A stretch of 64,000 bases of DNA from Camelus ferus (taxonomy: Eukaryota). Position numbers and translations under genes: made by a program. The DNA lies in contig NC_045707.1 of assembly GCF_009834535.1 (NCBI RefSeq), forward strand, positions 45,572,001 through 45,636,000. Reading direction: 5' to 3'. A model generated the notes under the pieces. The model saw only the letters and a program-made list of their open reading frames with translations. It ran no database searches and was not told the DNA's origin. Positions 11,572-25,324 of this stretch are shown in pieces. How positions within the stretch are numbered: position 1 is the first letter of the stretch; every line of letters begins with the position of its first letter.

Positions 11572-14500
11572 CTTGATATGGATATTTTTTTAATCAATGC
11601 CATGCATAAAGAGGACAGTAACTAGACATTATTCTCAAAATCTCCCAAGTTATACTATATAAATACTTAGCCAAATTTCCTTTTTGTGTGTAGAGAGTTA
11701 AATGGTCATAGAGATGATTAAATAAGCCTCACCTAGTTATGCCTAAGGAAATGAGTTTAGAGAATATATAGAGAGAACTATTTTTTCATTAGCAAAAGTA
11801 TAATATTTCTCCCTATCACTCTACTATATACCAGGGCCATTTGCTATCCAGGCAGAAAGAAGCCAACATCTTCAGACACCATGTGGTAGAACCCAGTGAG
11901 TTCTTTTGACCAAAACAATGAGAATTCTCTGATCTGGCCACTAGATGTTGTAGCCATCTCTCTAAAAGTCCTGTTGGTGACCTTGACTAGTTAGCTGTCC
12001 TTCACAGCATTCTGTGCCTAGAATAGCTACAGTGATTGCCTCTCATTCTCCCTTCCGAACTGTAAAAACAGAATTGAGTTTCTTCCCTACACTTAGGGAG
12101 GCAAGAGTAGAACCTAAGAACTGACCAATAAATGTGGCAGAGGTGACAGTGAAACTACTGTGGAATTCTCTGTTCCTAACCTCCTGCCCTAAGGATAGGT
12201 TAATTACAGAAACACTGACAGAACTTTGTAAGAAAGCAGTGTCAACTACAATGTATTCCCACAGCATTGGCCAAAGACTGAAAGTAATGTCACAAAAAGA
12301 ACTAAACTAAAAGAGCAAACGCTAATCCCTAAAAATATGACTTTCATTCCCCATCCGGCAGAATTTGGGTGCAACTTTGGCTTATTATGATTCTTATTTC
12401 TTAAAAATGAAAATAAGAGTCTACACAAACTATTCTCCAATGTTTGTCTTTTCCTTATGAGTCAGACACTGGTTATTTACATTTTAAATAGTTTTCACTA
12501 TTTTTTCCCCATCTTTTTAACTTAAATTGACACCTCTGGAAGGTTAGTGTATCTGAATGAGTAGAATTAACAAGCCTATATATTTGCTTTTTTTCAGGTA
12601 GCCAAGTAGAAGAGACAGCGGCTTTGCTGAAAAGTATTATCCCAGAGCACCCTCTTATGGCAAAATGCACTAAGGAAAGTGCTTGCCTGGGAAAAGTCAA
12701 AAGTGTTTCAAACCTTTAATATAAGGGGATAAATACTGCTTTTCCACTCTTAAGACCTTTTCTCCATTTTTGATGGGAAATTAAAAATTTCCTTGGCACT
12801 CAAAAGAATAGTCCTCAATTCACTTTATAAGTAGATTCATTTACTACAAAAATTAATTTCTTTCATGCTAGAACAAAGAACCCTATACTTTCATTCAATC
12901 ATGGTAAACCTAAATGAACCCAGTTTTCATACTCCTGGTTAGCTTAATTCCCCAGCTGGATTTCTTATACCACCAGCTGGACTTGAAGGATTTTGTGACA
13001 TGTCATCTTTCATTAAACCATTCACACCACTAACCTCTGAACTCCTCTTGGCCACCAGCTTCAGAGCCTGTTCATGTTATGAGCACCATATGAACTGTTA
13101 CTCACTGAACAGGATCGCTGATTCTTACTGTTAAGATCCGGAATGACTACAGCTGTAAACATGGTTCTCTGGAGGGTTTTTGCTGCAGCTGGAAAGACAA
13201 GAAATGAGAAAATTCTGACCCAAACAGGCAAATGTTTATAATAATTTAGCATGACAGGAAATTCACACATAACTTCTGTTTCCTGCTATTTTTTAACTCA
13301 TATTTTAGGGTTTTCAAGTGTTTTTGTTGTATGTTAAGAATAAATCTCTATGCTCTTGTATTAAACTTCAGAAAACAGGCATTCAAATTTCAATGTATGA
13401 TAGAACTTGTTTTAATGGCATCTTTAAATGCTATCAAGAAAATAACATTATACATTGAGTTTTTCTATTCCTTTGAGAAAACATTCTCATTATTAATCTA
13501 CAATCATGTTATCCTGAAGGCACAATATAAATCCCATCATAGCAGGGTTCCAGAAAGGTTAGGTCTAACTAAAGAAGACTGAGCCCTGCAGAGTTAGATG
13601 AGTTTTAGGTGTTAAACATGGGGCCAAAGCCGGGGATGGTGACTTGAGAAACAGTCTCACAAGCCAAGACTAAATACCAGGTTAGAGGGGGCAAGGGCAG
13701 GAGGGATTATTATTAGAGAGAAGGCCCAAATCAAATGTCCAAACCAGCTGTTCCCCACCATGAGTGGGCCATCTGCTGCTAGGGTTTGGGTCCTCATGGA
13801 CAGAGATGGGGCATCGTATCCCCAAAGCATCCAGGAGTGGGCATATCCTGAGAGGTAAGTCCAAGTAAACTCTCCTAAAGAGTTCCAAGGAGCAATCCTG
13901 GTAACCAAGATCAAGAATGTCCAGTGAGCAGGAAACATGACCGAGAGCCAGAAAGGGGGCCAGAGTGGATCCTGGGCACTGACTGTGACTGGAGCTTTCC
14001 TTGTTCTGATTGTTGAGTAGGGCTGGATAAAAGTACAGGGTGAGGGGAGAGAGACAGAAACAGATAGACAGAGACTGGGAGATTGAGAGACTGTTTAGCC
14101 ATGAACTGGGACTTTTAAAATGTTTGTTTCCTTCTCTTCCTCCCACCAAAATGTCCCTGCACTCAAAATAGAACATAAAATGTGGAATACTTATTACCTT
14201 GCTTTGCCTACAAGATCCATCATGAGTTCAAATCATTCAGTTTATTAGTTCAAAGAGAAAACCTTTTTTTTTTTTTTCTTTTTTCTAAAATCAATCCAGT
14301 GGATTGGTCATAACCTAATCTTCGGTCTTTCTCTAGAGAAATATTAGTTCCAGGGGACTCTTGAAGCCCCTTTTTAACCAGTGATTAATCTTGCCTCATC
14401 CTCCCTCACCTGCCCCAACCCTGGCCTTGAAGAGGACTGCACGTCCAACTGAACTTTAAGTACTTGGTAGCTGAATATCTGCTCTAGTTTCGGTGGTTGG

Positions 14501-16498
14501 TCCCTCCACTGGCAATGACAGCTCCTTATTCCAGAATTTCCCAGAAACTACAATAAAAGTCCAGTAGAGGTCACCTTAATGCTACAGGCAATGGATGAGG
14601 AATGTCAGAGTTTCATTTCTCCTAAAAAGGATATGAAATAAGTGTTGGTGTTGAAGTTTTTTTAAAAAAAAAAGTGTAATAGAAAATTAGAAATAAATTC
14701 TGTCTTTCCCATGCCATAGAACATGGTGCTCCCAGAATTTCAAACACGTGATACTGAAAATGCTCACGGAAATTATGGAAAAGTGAGAGAAAATCAGCTC
14801 ATTGCTTCTCAGAAGTCACATTTACTACTTATTCCTTCATGTTAGATCAGAACCTATATGACTCCAGAAAGACACTAGGGCAGGCAGGATACCTAATTTG
14901 GAGATGGTACATTCACAGGTACTGGAAGGTCTATGAACTCGAAAACTGTGTGCATTTTTCTGAGGACAGAAAGATCTTCAAAGAGATTTAAGAGATGAGA
15001 GAGAGAGATTCAGAACCACTGTAAAAGAACTTTTTTTCCTCCACTCTTTCCTGACACCAAAGAAAATTCAAGGAGAAATCTGGATTGAGAAATCCCCTCT
15101 CTGCCTACCTCAGCCAGTCAGAGACATATCAAGCAGCTGATGTTTGAGGCCCTGTTCTTTGGAAAGAGCCTGAATGACAGAACTCAATGGCTGGTAAAGG
15201 CTTAGCATTCACCACCAACTAAAAGGTACAAAATAAATGATAATTATTGATAATTAAGGCAGAATGCAGATTGGAAACAAAAGGAAGATAAATGAGAATG
15301 GCTCACCAGGACCTGAAACACCAGGCCCTTGGGACAAATGGGGATTATTGACATAGAAAAAGGAGTGGAAACCCCCAGTGTGATGCAGATGTGTTTGAAG
15401 CTGAGTGACTGCCTCTTAGAGATGGAAGTCCCCACAGGCCATCTCACCCCTCCCCCACAGCCCAGTGTGGGCTCACAATACCAAGTCTTCTGATGGCTGC
15501 TGTCTCATAGGGATTTAAACTGATCAAAATGGAAAGCTTTGGATAAGCAGAGCCAGAGTCTGCCATCAGTGAGAAGTCTGAGAATTCAGAAAGGGCTCAA
15601 GTGTGGACAGGTGACGCTGATGGGGAAGAAAATTCGGGGAACTGTGATTTATTTCTGTTGCTTCAGGGTTTGAAGATTTGGGCTTTATGTGTAGTTAAAC
15701 TATCTCTATGGAGTTTGGAGTTTAGGATGTATTAGAAAATAAAGGCTTTTGTTTTTGACTGTTATTCCTGACCATTCCCATCAACTAAATTTGATTTATT
15801 AACAATATCAAGCAAAATTCTGTCCATCTGAGGATGGAGTTAGGTATCCTTGTACCTAACTACCCTACCTAATAATTTGAGGAAATGATCATATTCTCTC
15901 ATTTTTAGCACTGGATTCCATCAGAACTGGTCAGGCTTAAGAGAAGAATTGGGGTTTATACTATGTCTTAAAAGCAAGCAAACTGGAAATCCTAGAGTGG
16001 AATCACTTCCAACTGGAGGCATAATCAAGTTTTAGAGCAATTTGCCATCCATATAGTCCTAAAGAGGCTAACAAATTTAAAAAAAAAAAAAATCAAAGGA
16101 TTAAACAGGCATCACAGTCTGTAAGCCCTTTGGGAAAATGAGCCATACTTTCAAGCCAATAGCATCCAGTAGAATACACAAGCAAATAGAAACAAAACCA
16201 AAAGACTGCAAGACTGATTCTAGCTCCAAAACAAGTTCTGTGATCTTATCTTCTCTTTATCACAGATACTCCATTTGAAGTTATTTAACCAAGTTTCTTC
16301 CTCTGCAAAATGGAAATAATAAGATCTACCTTGTAAGGACTGGGGGTGTGTATGTATGTGTATGTGTACATGTGTGTGTACATGTGTGTGTGTAAACTAT
16401 CCCAGCCTTCCTCTCAGGCGAGTGGGTAAGACAAAAATACAACGCACTGTTCAGACAGCACTTTGAAAAATAAAAATACTATAGAAAGTACTATTCAC

Positions 16499-16651
16499 GG
16501 GGGAGGGTATAGCTCAAGCGGTACAGCGCATGCTTAGCATGCATGAAGTCCTGGGATCAATCCCCAGTACCTCCTCTAAAACTAAACAAATAAACCTAAT
16601 TATATCTCCCCTGCCCAAAAAAAAAAAAAAAAAAATTAAAATAAAAAAGAA
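16499..16651 (+). mobile_element. tRNA-Ala-derived SINE (Vic-1-like)
   Basis: Same head and body as the 1864 copy. 16-bp TSD AGA(A/G)AGTACTATTCAC at 16483-16498 and 16652-16667. Confidence 0.92.
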
Positions 16652-17519
16652 AGAGAGTACTATTCACAATAATGATGTAAAGCACATTGAGGGCTCTCTT
16701 CTGAATCATGAAAAACAAAAATAGATTAAGACTTGTTCTGATCTACTGAAACTGCTCTTTCAACCACTTGTAGGAACAAAAAGAAGGTACCAGAAGGCTT
16801 ATTCCCACTCAACAGTAGGAAAAATTACCCACAGTGGTCCTAAGACAGAAGGGCTGCTTCCGGAAACTGAGTTATTTGTTACCAGTAGTAGGACTTTAGG
16901 AAGGAGAATAAGATGGGAGGGGAATGAGAAAGGGACTCAAGTATGTCCAGATCAACTACTGGCCTGGACTTTATAAAGTCTTTTCCAAATCTAAAAACTC
17001 TTTGCTAGAGAAGTTATAGAGGGAAATACTACATCAAAGCTACACTCTTGACCTAGATTACTACTCTTGCTTAACTTCCCAGTAAGCATCTTTCTGACAC
17101 TGGTTGCACTAACTGAAGAAAAAAATGTCATTTCCTGCTTCTTTGCAAATATTCCTAAAAACACTCATAGGGACTAAAAACCTAGCTCTAGGAGACAATG
17201 GCTTAAAAAGCAAAAGCTACATTATAACATAAAAATGAATTTTGCAGTATTATTCAGATTGTTTGGTCAAAACAAAACTTTCTACGTATGTTTGAATTCA
17301 GTTCTCCAGTTTATCTTCTTAATGAAACAGTTGCTTTTTCATAAGAATTCTAAGAAAAGCAAAAATATTTCTTATAAGAGTATCTGAATGCCCATTTATG
17401 TTAAGTTTTTTAAACTTAAAATAGGCTAGAGGCCACCAAACAGATCTTGTCTGTGGTATAGGTAAAGTAGACCCAAGGCAGAGAGCCTCCTTTGTCTCAG
17501 TGTGTGTATAGACCAGGAC

Positions 17520-17750
17520 ATTGTAACTTAGTAGAAAAGTGCCTAGGAATCTCTGGAGTCAGACTTCCTGGTGTTGCCATCAGTTAGCTACATGACCTAA
17601 AATAAGTTACTTGATCTCTGTACCCCAGTGGTTTCATCTCTAAATGGGAATAACACTATACTTCATGGACTTACTGTGAGGATTAAAAGACAAAATACTA
17701 ATAAAGCTGCTTGCACAGTCCCCATGCATGTGAGTGCTTACAAAATAACA
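17520..17750 (+). mobile_element. MIR SINE
   Basis: CTCTGGAGTCAGACTTCCTGG...AAGTTACTTGATCTCT...TTTCATCTCTAAATGGGAATAA...GTGAGGATTAAA. Confidence 0.7.
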
Positions 17751-20214
17751 GCAACTATTAACACAATGGCTTCATCTGGATGGGTGACAGGTTTTGATTG
17801 TAGACCTTTTGAAGTACTTAAAAATGAAATTTTTACTATAGAAATAACATATGCTTATTGTAAAATGTAGAAATGACTACAAAGAATTTTAAAAGAACAT
17901 TAAAAAACCCCTGATCCTACCAATTAGAGAAAAGGCTATTTAATATTTGTGTGTCTTCTATTTTTCCTTTTCCTTGCACACTTTTACCTAGTTGGGGATC
18001 GTATGTACCCAGTTTGATAGAATGAGGACTAGAGTTTGGAATCTAGACTGCGAGATTATTTTGCACTTCCTTCAGTGTCATAGGTGAGCTATTTCCAGAT
18101 ACCACCTTGAAAACCATATTTTCCTTTTCCTATTCTTCACTATCTTTTTTCTTCAGGAATTTGCTATCTACTTAGTAAGTACATGGCCCTGTGATCCTTG
18201 GCTTCTTAATGTGAATTTTCTCACTTTCAAATACATATCTTTCCTTAAGCGCCTCTGGTTATATAGTTCAGAACTTCATTCTTCCCTTTCTCTCCAATAC
18301 CCAAATTCCAGACTCAGTCAGGCCCTGCAGAATTCCTTCCCTGATGGCTGTGGAGAGTGATGTTTAGAGATGGCTTTTCCTCCTGTGACAGTTTCCTTCA
18401 ACATGTTTTAACTGTATAAATTACATAAGGCTTCAAAGATATAATTACTCATTTATCCTCACATTAGATGTATGACAAACATAACTTCAATCTGGATAGT
18501 CAAGAAATTGATTGTTCCCTATTCTATAATAAGGCACGGTGGTTGGCAGAGTTAGGGATCTTCAACTGCTATCATCCAATCTAGTACTTTAAATTCTAGT
18601 TCCCTCTTACTATAGCTATTGCTATTTTCAGCAATAAAATATGTCACCATAATAATGGGGCACTATCCCTACCATCAGCAACCACCTGCCACTTATCATG
18701 TGCCTAAATAATTGGTTATGTCTATTTTTTTTTCATATATTACCCCATTCATTCCTCAAAACAACTCTGTGAGATCACCTATTTTGCAGGTGAAAAAAAG
18801 ATCTGAATTAAGGTCTGTTTTAAATCCAAATCCATTGAAATTGTATTCTAATTCACACCTTGAAAGCCCTTCCTGGATCGTACCTAACTATGGAGTTTTG
18901 GCACAATAATATTTCATGATACTCTAACAAAATCTTTTAGATTTATGTTAGAATATTAGAGGTGAGACAGAAAGACATAAAAAAAACAACTGCGTCTGAG
19001 AAGGCAGTCCTCTTTGAGAGAGTATAGTTTCTGGGGGGAAAACACTAAAGTGGGGAGACACAGAGGAGTTGCCTGTCCAACCAGCCAAACTGGCTAAATC
19101 AGTCCTGGAGGCAGCTATCACATCCAGCAGAAGCACAGCCTTACAAAAACAAGCTGGTAATAAGATATTTCAGGTAAGCAAACCCCCTGGAGAAAGTGCT
19201 CCATCCACTGAACTCCAGGTCAGTGTTCCATCAAGTACTTCTGCTCTTTGGTTGACAGAACTAAAAAGAGATTCTTAGGTTAAATCTTTTTAATGTGACA
19301 ATTATCCAGTCACTTGGGGAAACATTTTTCAGCCCAAACCCCATAATCTGGGGTAACAGTATAATCTCTGTATTTTCTTCTGAGAGCTAAAAACAAAGTA
19401 AAAGCTCAATTTTCCAAAATGCTCTGGGAAAGATGCTTTCCAATGCATTTCCCTGCCTCTCTGTGAAGGCTCCTTTACCTGGCTGATAGTAGTGAGACTA
19501 GCAAGAGGTTTAGGTGGAACAAGCTGCCGCCAGGCTGCAATTTTCAAGTCTCTCAAAAAGAACAGAAAACAAGTAAAAAAAGAAATTTCATATCTGTCAA
19601 TCTATCTACAATGTCCATCTCTGGTTCCTCCCTGCCCCCAACACCAATTATCTGGCTTGTCTGAAGCTTCTGACTGTTCTTAGACCCTCATAAAAACAAC
19701 CTCCTTGTTATTGATCTGAGTGATGATGGCTCAGAGAGCCAGGCTGGAGAGCACAGCACACGCAGCATGCACACGTACTCACATGTGTGCACACACATGC
19801 ACACAAGATGGCCAGCAGGACACACATACACAAAGGATATGCAGAAACAGATGTACCACAAAATTAAAGTAGCATTATGCTAGAGCATGAGCAAAGAGTT
19901 GTACTAAGAATTAAAAGGAAATAAAAATGAACACTGATAGTCAAATGAACTTATGGAAAAATGTTTAATCTCAAGAGGCTGACTGAATGGTGGTATGATC
20001 ACATAAGACCAGTTATCTATCTTTACTCAATGATCACATATAGCAAAAGTTCAAAAAGGCTGCAAGGCAGACTACAAGACATTCTACCAACAGTAATATC
20101 TTAACTTGATTGTTGTTCCATGATTTACCAAGGGCTGTCGCATCCATTCTCTCATTAGATCCTTACCACAGTTCACAGGAAGTTGAAACTAAGACATCAT
20201 TTTTCTTGTTTACA

Positions 20215-21750
20215 TTCAATTCCTTCCTTCCTTCAACAAAATACAAATTGCCTAACATGTGCCAAATAGTGTTTGAGGGACTGAAAATTCAAGACAGATA
20301 AAAGTTGCCGATCTCATATAGTTTACATTCCAGTAGAAGGGAGAAGATACATATAAATAAACAAATTATATAGTTATTTAGAACATAATATAGAATGATG
20401 TAGTAATTTAGAAAGTACAAAATACTATGGAAAAATAAATAAATAAGGGTAACAGGAAGTGATGGGGAGGGTTGCAATTTTAAATAGCATTGTCAAGATA
20501 GGTGTTATTTGAAAAACTCTATCTGGGTTAACAGTGATCTAATCAGAGGGAACAGTCTGTACAAAAGTCCAGGGGCAGGCACTTACAGAGAAAGTACACA
20601 GAAAGTACAGCAGAAAGATCACTACGATGAGAAAAATTATAAGAGATGAAGAAAGACAAGGGAGAAGGGGCAGGGCCAGACCTTTTAAGACCTTAAAGGT
20701 CTTTGTAAAGACTTTAGCTTTTACTCTGAGAGCAACGGGAAGGCATTCTGGCTGTTATGATGAGAAAAGACTGTAGGGTAGCAAGAGTGGAAGCAGGGAG
20801 ACTAGTTAGAATGCTATTACAATAACCCAGGCAAGAGATGACTGCAGCTTGGTCCATGGTTAGAGTAGCGGAGGTATTGAGAAATGGAGTCTCTGTATAA
20901 TTCGAAACTAGGAGAGACTCCTTGATGTGAAATGTGGGTAGTAAAGATATATGGTGCCAAGGAAGATGCAAACATTTTTGGCCTGTGCAACTAAAGGATA
21001 ACAATGCTTTTTACTGAAATGAGGAAGAATAGAGCAGATTTGAAGAATCTGAGTTCAGTTTTGCAGATGTTAAGTATAGCTATCTATTTGACATCCAAGT
21101 GGAGATGTTGAATAGGCAATTAAATCTATAAGTCAGAAGTTAAGGGGAGAAGCCTGGGTTGGAGATAAAATTTGAGAATTATCTTCATTTAGATGGTATT
21201 TAAAACCAAGAGCATAGATGAAACCACTAAGAGATAAGGACAAAGAAACAAGCCTTGATGTTCTCCAATGTAAAAGGTGGGGAAAAGAAAAGGATTCAGC
21301 AAAGGAACCTGAAAAGGAAAAACCAGTGAGGGAGGAGAAAAACCAGGAGAGTTCAAATTCTTGGGAGGCAAAGGGAAGGAAATATTTCCAGGAAGAGGAA
21401 GTGATCCATTGTGTCAATGCTCCTTATAATGAAAGCTAAGAATTGACCACTGTATTTAACAAATGTGGAAGTTGCTGTTACCAGGAAGCTGACCAAGAGT
21501 TGCTTCTAAGAAATGATGGAGATGAGAGCCTGATTGGAATAAGTTTAAAAGATAATGGGAAGAAAGGACCTTTTGCTATTAAGAGAATAGAGGAATGGAG
21601 CAGTAGTTGCTGGAGTTAAGAGAAGCTATTTTTAAGACAGGAGAAATAACAGCATGTTTCTATGGTACTGGTAATAATCCAGCAAAGAGGAAAATTGATG
21701 ATGTAGGGAAGAGAGGGGAGGATTACAGTGTGCTTGAGTAGATGACTGGG
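20215..21750 (-). mobile_element. LINE-2 fragment with reverse transcriptase remnant
   Basis: Minus-strand ORFs give LSWFFSSLTGFSFSGSFA...GFKYHLNEDNSQI (decayed YADD) and VISCLGYCNSILTSLPASTLATLQS, as in L2 ORF2. L2 3' tail at about 20220. Confidence 0.87.
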
Positions 21751-22888
21751 TATGCAATCTCATTCACAAACCAAGGCACATAAAAGTGACTTACCCATAA
21801 TTACACAACTAATACATGATAAAGCCTGGGTCTGAACCCATGCCCCATGGTCAGCATTCTCTATCACACCATGATGCAGGAAGCCTTGATGTGACCCACT
21901 ATAAAATGCTTGGCAAACGGTCATCAACCTCTGCCTAATTTCATTACTGTAGAGCATACCTGATTTCACAGGCAATTCATTTCAGCATATTAAGTGTATA
22001 TCTAACATGTGTCAGATAGCAGGATGGTGAGGATATGGGAAAGAATACAAAGGTGAATGACATAATATTTTATCTAAGGAAACAAGTCTTACAACCAGCC
22101 TTTCCTCTTTACCATTACCTTACAGATACCATGGAAGTGATTACTTTTGAGGAATAGTTATTAAAACCTTTTTTTGCCCTCTCAATTTGTCTGCTTGTGA
22201 AAAAATGTATTTAAATCTCACTGCCTAAATTAGACAGAATAGTGTGTTGGAACCTCAAAACAGAATTTGTATAGGTATAATGAGAAAAGTTCGTTTAGAG
22301 AATTCCACCCACAGCTTATTTTCCCTCATAAAAGATTACTAGGATCTTTTGGCATGGTTTAGTAAAGCTGTAAAAGTTAAAATTTCCACCCCTAATATTT
22401 TTCCTTTCCTTTCTCTCTCTGCTTTTTCAGATTTTCTCCCCTGCTATGAGAAAGGGAGACTAAAACTTTGTTCTTTATGTTTCTCAGAGTACTGCAATTA
22501 ATTGGAAACTTTACAGTATTTATCCTCCAACTATTACTTTAGGACAGAAGTAAAACTCAATTTAAAGGATTATAATATGAAAAAAAGTCAATTCTTTGAC
22601 CTCAAGGTAATTTGCAGGGTGGTAATAGTCCTAAGAGAAATAATAATGATAAATATATTTACTTTTTTCTTTACACTTAAGGAAGGGTTTACACATGCTA
22701 AACTTCACTTGATATTTAAAACATCCTTGTAAGGAAGACAGGACAGATATTATTTTCCTGACTTTATAGAGGAGGTTGAGATAAAACATGCAACATATTT
22801 AAAGAAGTAAAAATAACTAGATAAACTCATACATTGTGATTGTAACTGGATAAACATGTTATATAGTTATGTATGTATATGTACATAC

Positions 22889-23099
22889 GTATTGACCTTT
22901 GAACTACATGGTCCACTTAGACATGGATTTTTTTTCAATAAAGAAGTACCACAGTTCTACAGGATCCTTGGTTGGTTGAATCCACAGATATAGAGGAACT
23001 GCAGGATATGGAGCACCTACTTTAAAGTTATACTTAGATTTTTGACTGGGGAGAGGGATCGCCATTTCTAATCTCCATGTTTTTCAAGGGTCAGCTTTA
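22889..23099 (-). mobile_element. Tigger-derived MITE (MER8-like), opposite orientation to the 7789 copy
   Basis: TTGACCTTTGAAC...GGTCCACTTA...GGTTGGTTGAATCCACAGAT...TTCAAGGGTCAGCT. Confidence 0.75.
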
Positions 23100-24594
23100 T
23101 ACACACACACACACACGCCCATACGCCCATAGTTTATCTTTGGAAAGGTGTTTTGGCTTAAGAAAATGTTTATCCCACTAATCTGCTACAACGCTTAAAA
23201 TTTCATTTTAGAAATTCTGTACTCTAGTGTCCACAAGAAGTTCCATTAGAACATAGATTTAAATAGAGAGAAATGCAAAAAACATTACTAGACACTAATA
23301 ATTTACAAGTGGATCAAATTTTACTAAATGACAATTGGGCTCCTTAGAAAAACAGAAGGTTAGGGTAACAACAGTCTTAGAACAAAATAGGAAAAGTTTT
23401 GATGGGAAGAAAGAGAGAAAGGTCTTGATAGACTGAGCTAAAGCCCTGGGCACAATCAGCCTGAGGATCCCTGAAAAACCTGAGTAGGGTGGAGGTGGTG
23501 AGGATGTCAAAAGAGAGACAAACTGACTAGCTTCACAATTTTGCTTTCGTTAAAGCCAAAACCCGGGCTCAGATTCAGTTTCCTATGTTGGAAATTCACC
23601 TCCAAGATACAAGTTTCCCCTTAGACCTCAATAAACACTTAATGGTCCTTTCAAATTAAATCAGCTGTGGTACCATCCACTTTTCAACTTGCCACCACCT
23701 CCCCTACCTGCCACTACCCTATCCTTTCCTAGAATTAAAAAAAAAAAAAAAAAAGGCTAGTTCTAAAGTCATTTCTGTTCTCATTCCTATTTATTTACTA
23801 AGGCCAAAATTTGCCATCTGCTGTTCTATTTTCAATACCACTCTCTCAACTTCTTACATATTTGTCACAAATTTAAGATTCTTTGGGTCACTCATTTAAT
23901 AAAAAAATTCAACTGCACTGTGTTGCTACACGCTAGTCAAACTTTAGGTCTGTGTTCTTTAGCATTCTCTCTATAACTACTACCTCCACTCAATCCTTCA
24001 TCTACTTGTAACGTTTAAATGAAGGCTATGGACATTTCAGTGCCTAGCATGGTGCCAGGCACATAGGTGCTCAAAAAATATTCGTCATAACTTTATAACT
24101 TTAATAACTTAAAAGTTACTAGATAGGCACTTTCAGTGTGCAAAACTCTGAAAATCTTTGGAAATAGTTTCTTCAAAGTGAACAAGTTCATAAATTCATT
24201 TGCCTGCAAGTAGGATTCCTAAGTTATTTCTCAGATTCATGAAAGACTAGACTAGAAAATTCTAAAAAATCAACGCAAAAGCATAAAAAGCAGCTTAGAG
24301 CTTAAACCTTAGAAGTTTACAAAATTTACGGTGTTTTGTCTTCTTTTAATTCATTTACACTCTCTTCTCAGGGTTTAGAAACAAAACCAGTTTGTGTTGT
24401 TGCCACTTCAGAAGAAGTTGTATATGACCTAAGAATTGAGTATTAGGGTCGTTAAATTTTAATCTTGTTTAGAAAACTGTCTGCTTACCTTGGGAAAAGG
24501 GCAAACTGCCATTTCTCCCTATATGGGGACTGCAGAAACAAGAGAAACTCCTACACATCGTTTCCACAATCCCATATTATGCTAGGGAACTTCT

Positions 24595-25260
24595 AATTTT
24601 GTTAATTCATTAAACTTGTTAAGAGTATTTTTGGCCGGGACTGTACTAAGAGAGGTATACAAATCCTTGCCCCTAAAGAGGTTACAATACAAAGAGAGAG
24701 AACCATGCTCGGAACTCAGAACAAAAGCTGTGACTGCATAATATACTAGTGGAGGTGGGGGATGGGGGTCTGGATGCCCAGTTGTTACTAGGAAAGCAGT
24801 TTCCAGGAGATGAAAGTTTAGGCCAGTTCTTAAAGAGATTGACTGAAATGATTTGCTGTAGTGAACCTTGGAGGGCCTTCTACTTAGGAGATAAACATCC
24901 ATCCTGATTTAAAGGTGGGAAGTGCCTGAAGTGCAGGAAAACCTAAGGAGACTGACTTCCCAGCAGTCAAAACACCACTTTGGGGAAGGACTGATTTTGA
25001 GGATGCAATAGGTAAGTCTGGGGAAGTCAGCTGAGGAAGGTGGGAAGGGACGGAGACTTTTTGTTGTTGTTGTTACATAAAAAGCTTTGATATGATGTGG
25101 TGGGCAAAAAACAAAGAGGGAAATTACATGAGAAGAAGGATTTTTTGACAGCTAAGTAGAAATGAGATTGTAATAGAGAGGTCCTGAAGCTCAGGAAACA
25201 AGCTAGACATGCTATAATTTTGGCTTAGGTTGTTCAGACTGGAATAAAATGCTAGCTGAG
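24595..25260 (-). mobile_element. Degenerate LINE-2 fragment
   Basis: L2 antisense tail pattern TTAATTCATTAAAC...TCCTTGCCCTAAAGAGGTTACAAT followed by a purine-rich body. Confidence 0.5.
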
Positions 25261-25284
25261 GAACTTTTCAAAGTTGAATAAACA

Positions 25285-25324
25285 GTAATAACAATAAAGA
25301 AAAGGTAATAACAATAAAGAAAAG
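25285..25324. repeat. Perfect 20-bp tandem duplication
   Basis: GTAATAACAATAAAGAAAAG twice. Confidence 0.95.

Noticed and set aside
20714..21439. Cluster of ORFs suggesting a gene
   Set aside because: LINE-2 ORF2 remnants with a destroyed YADD motif.
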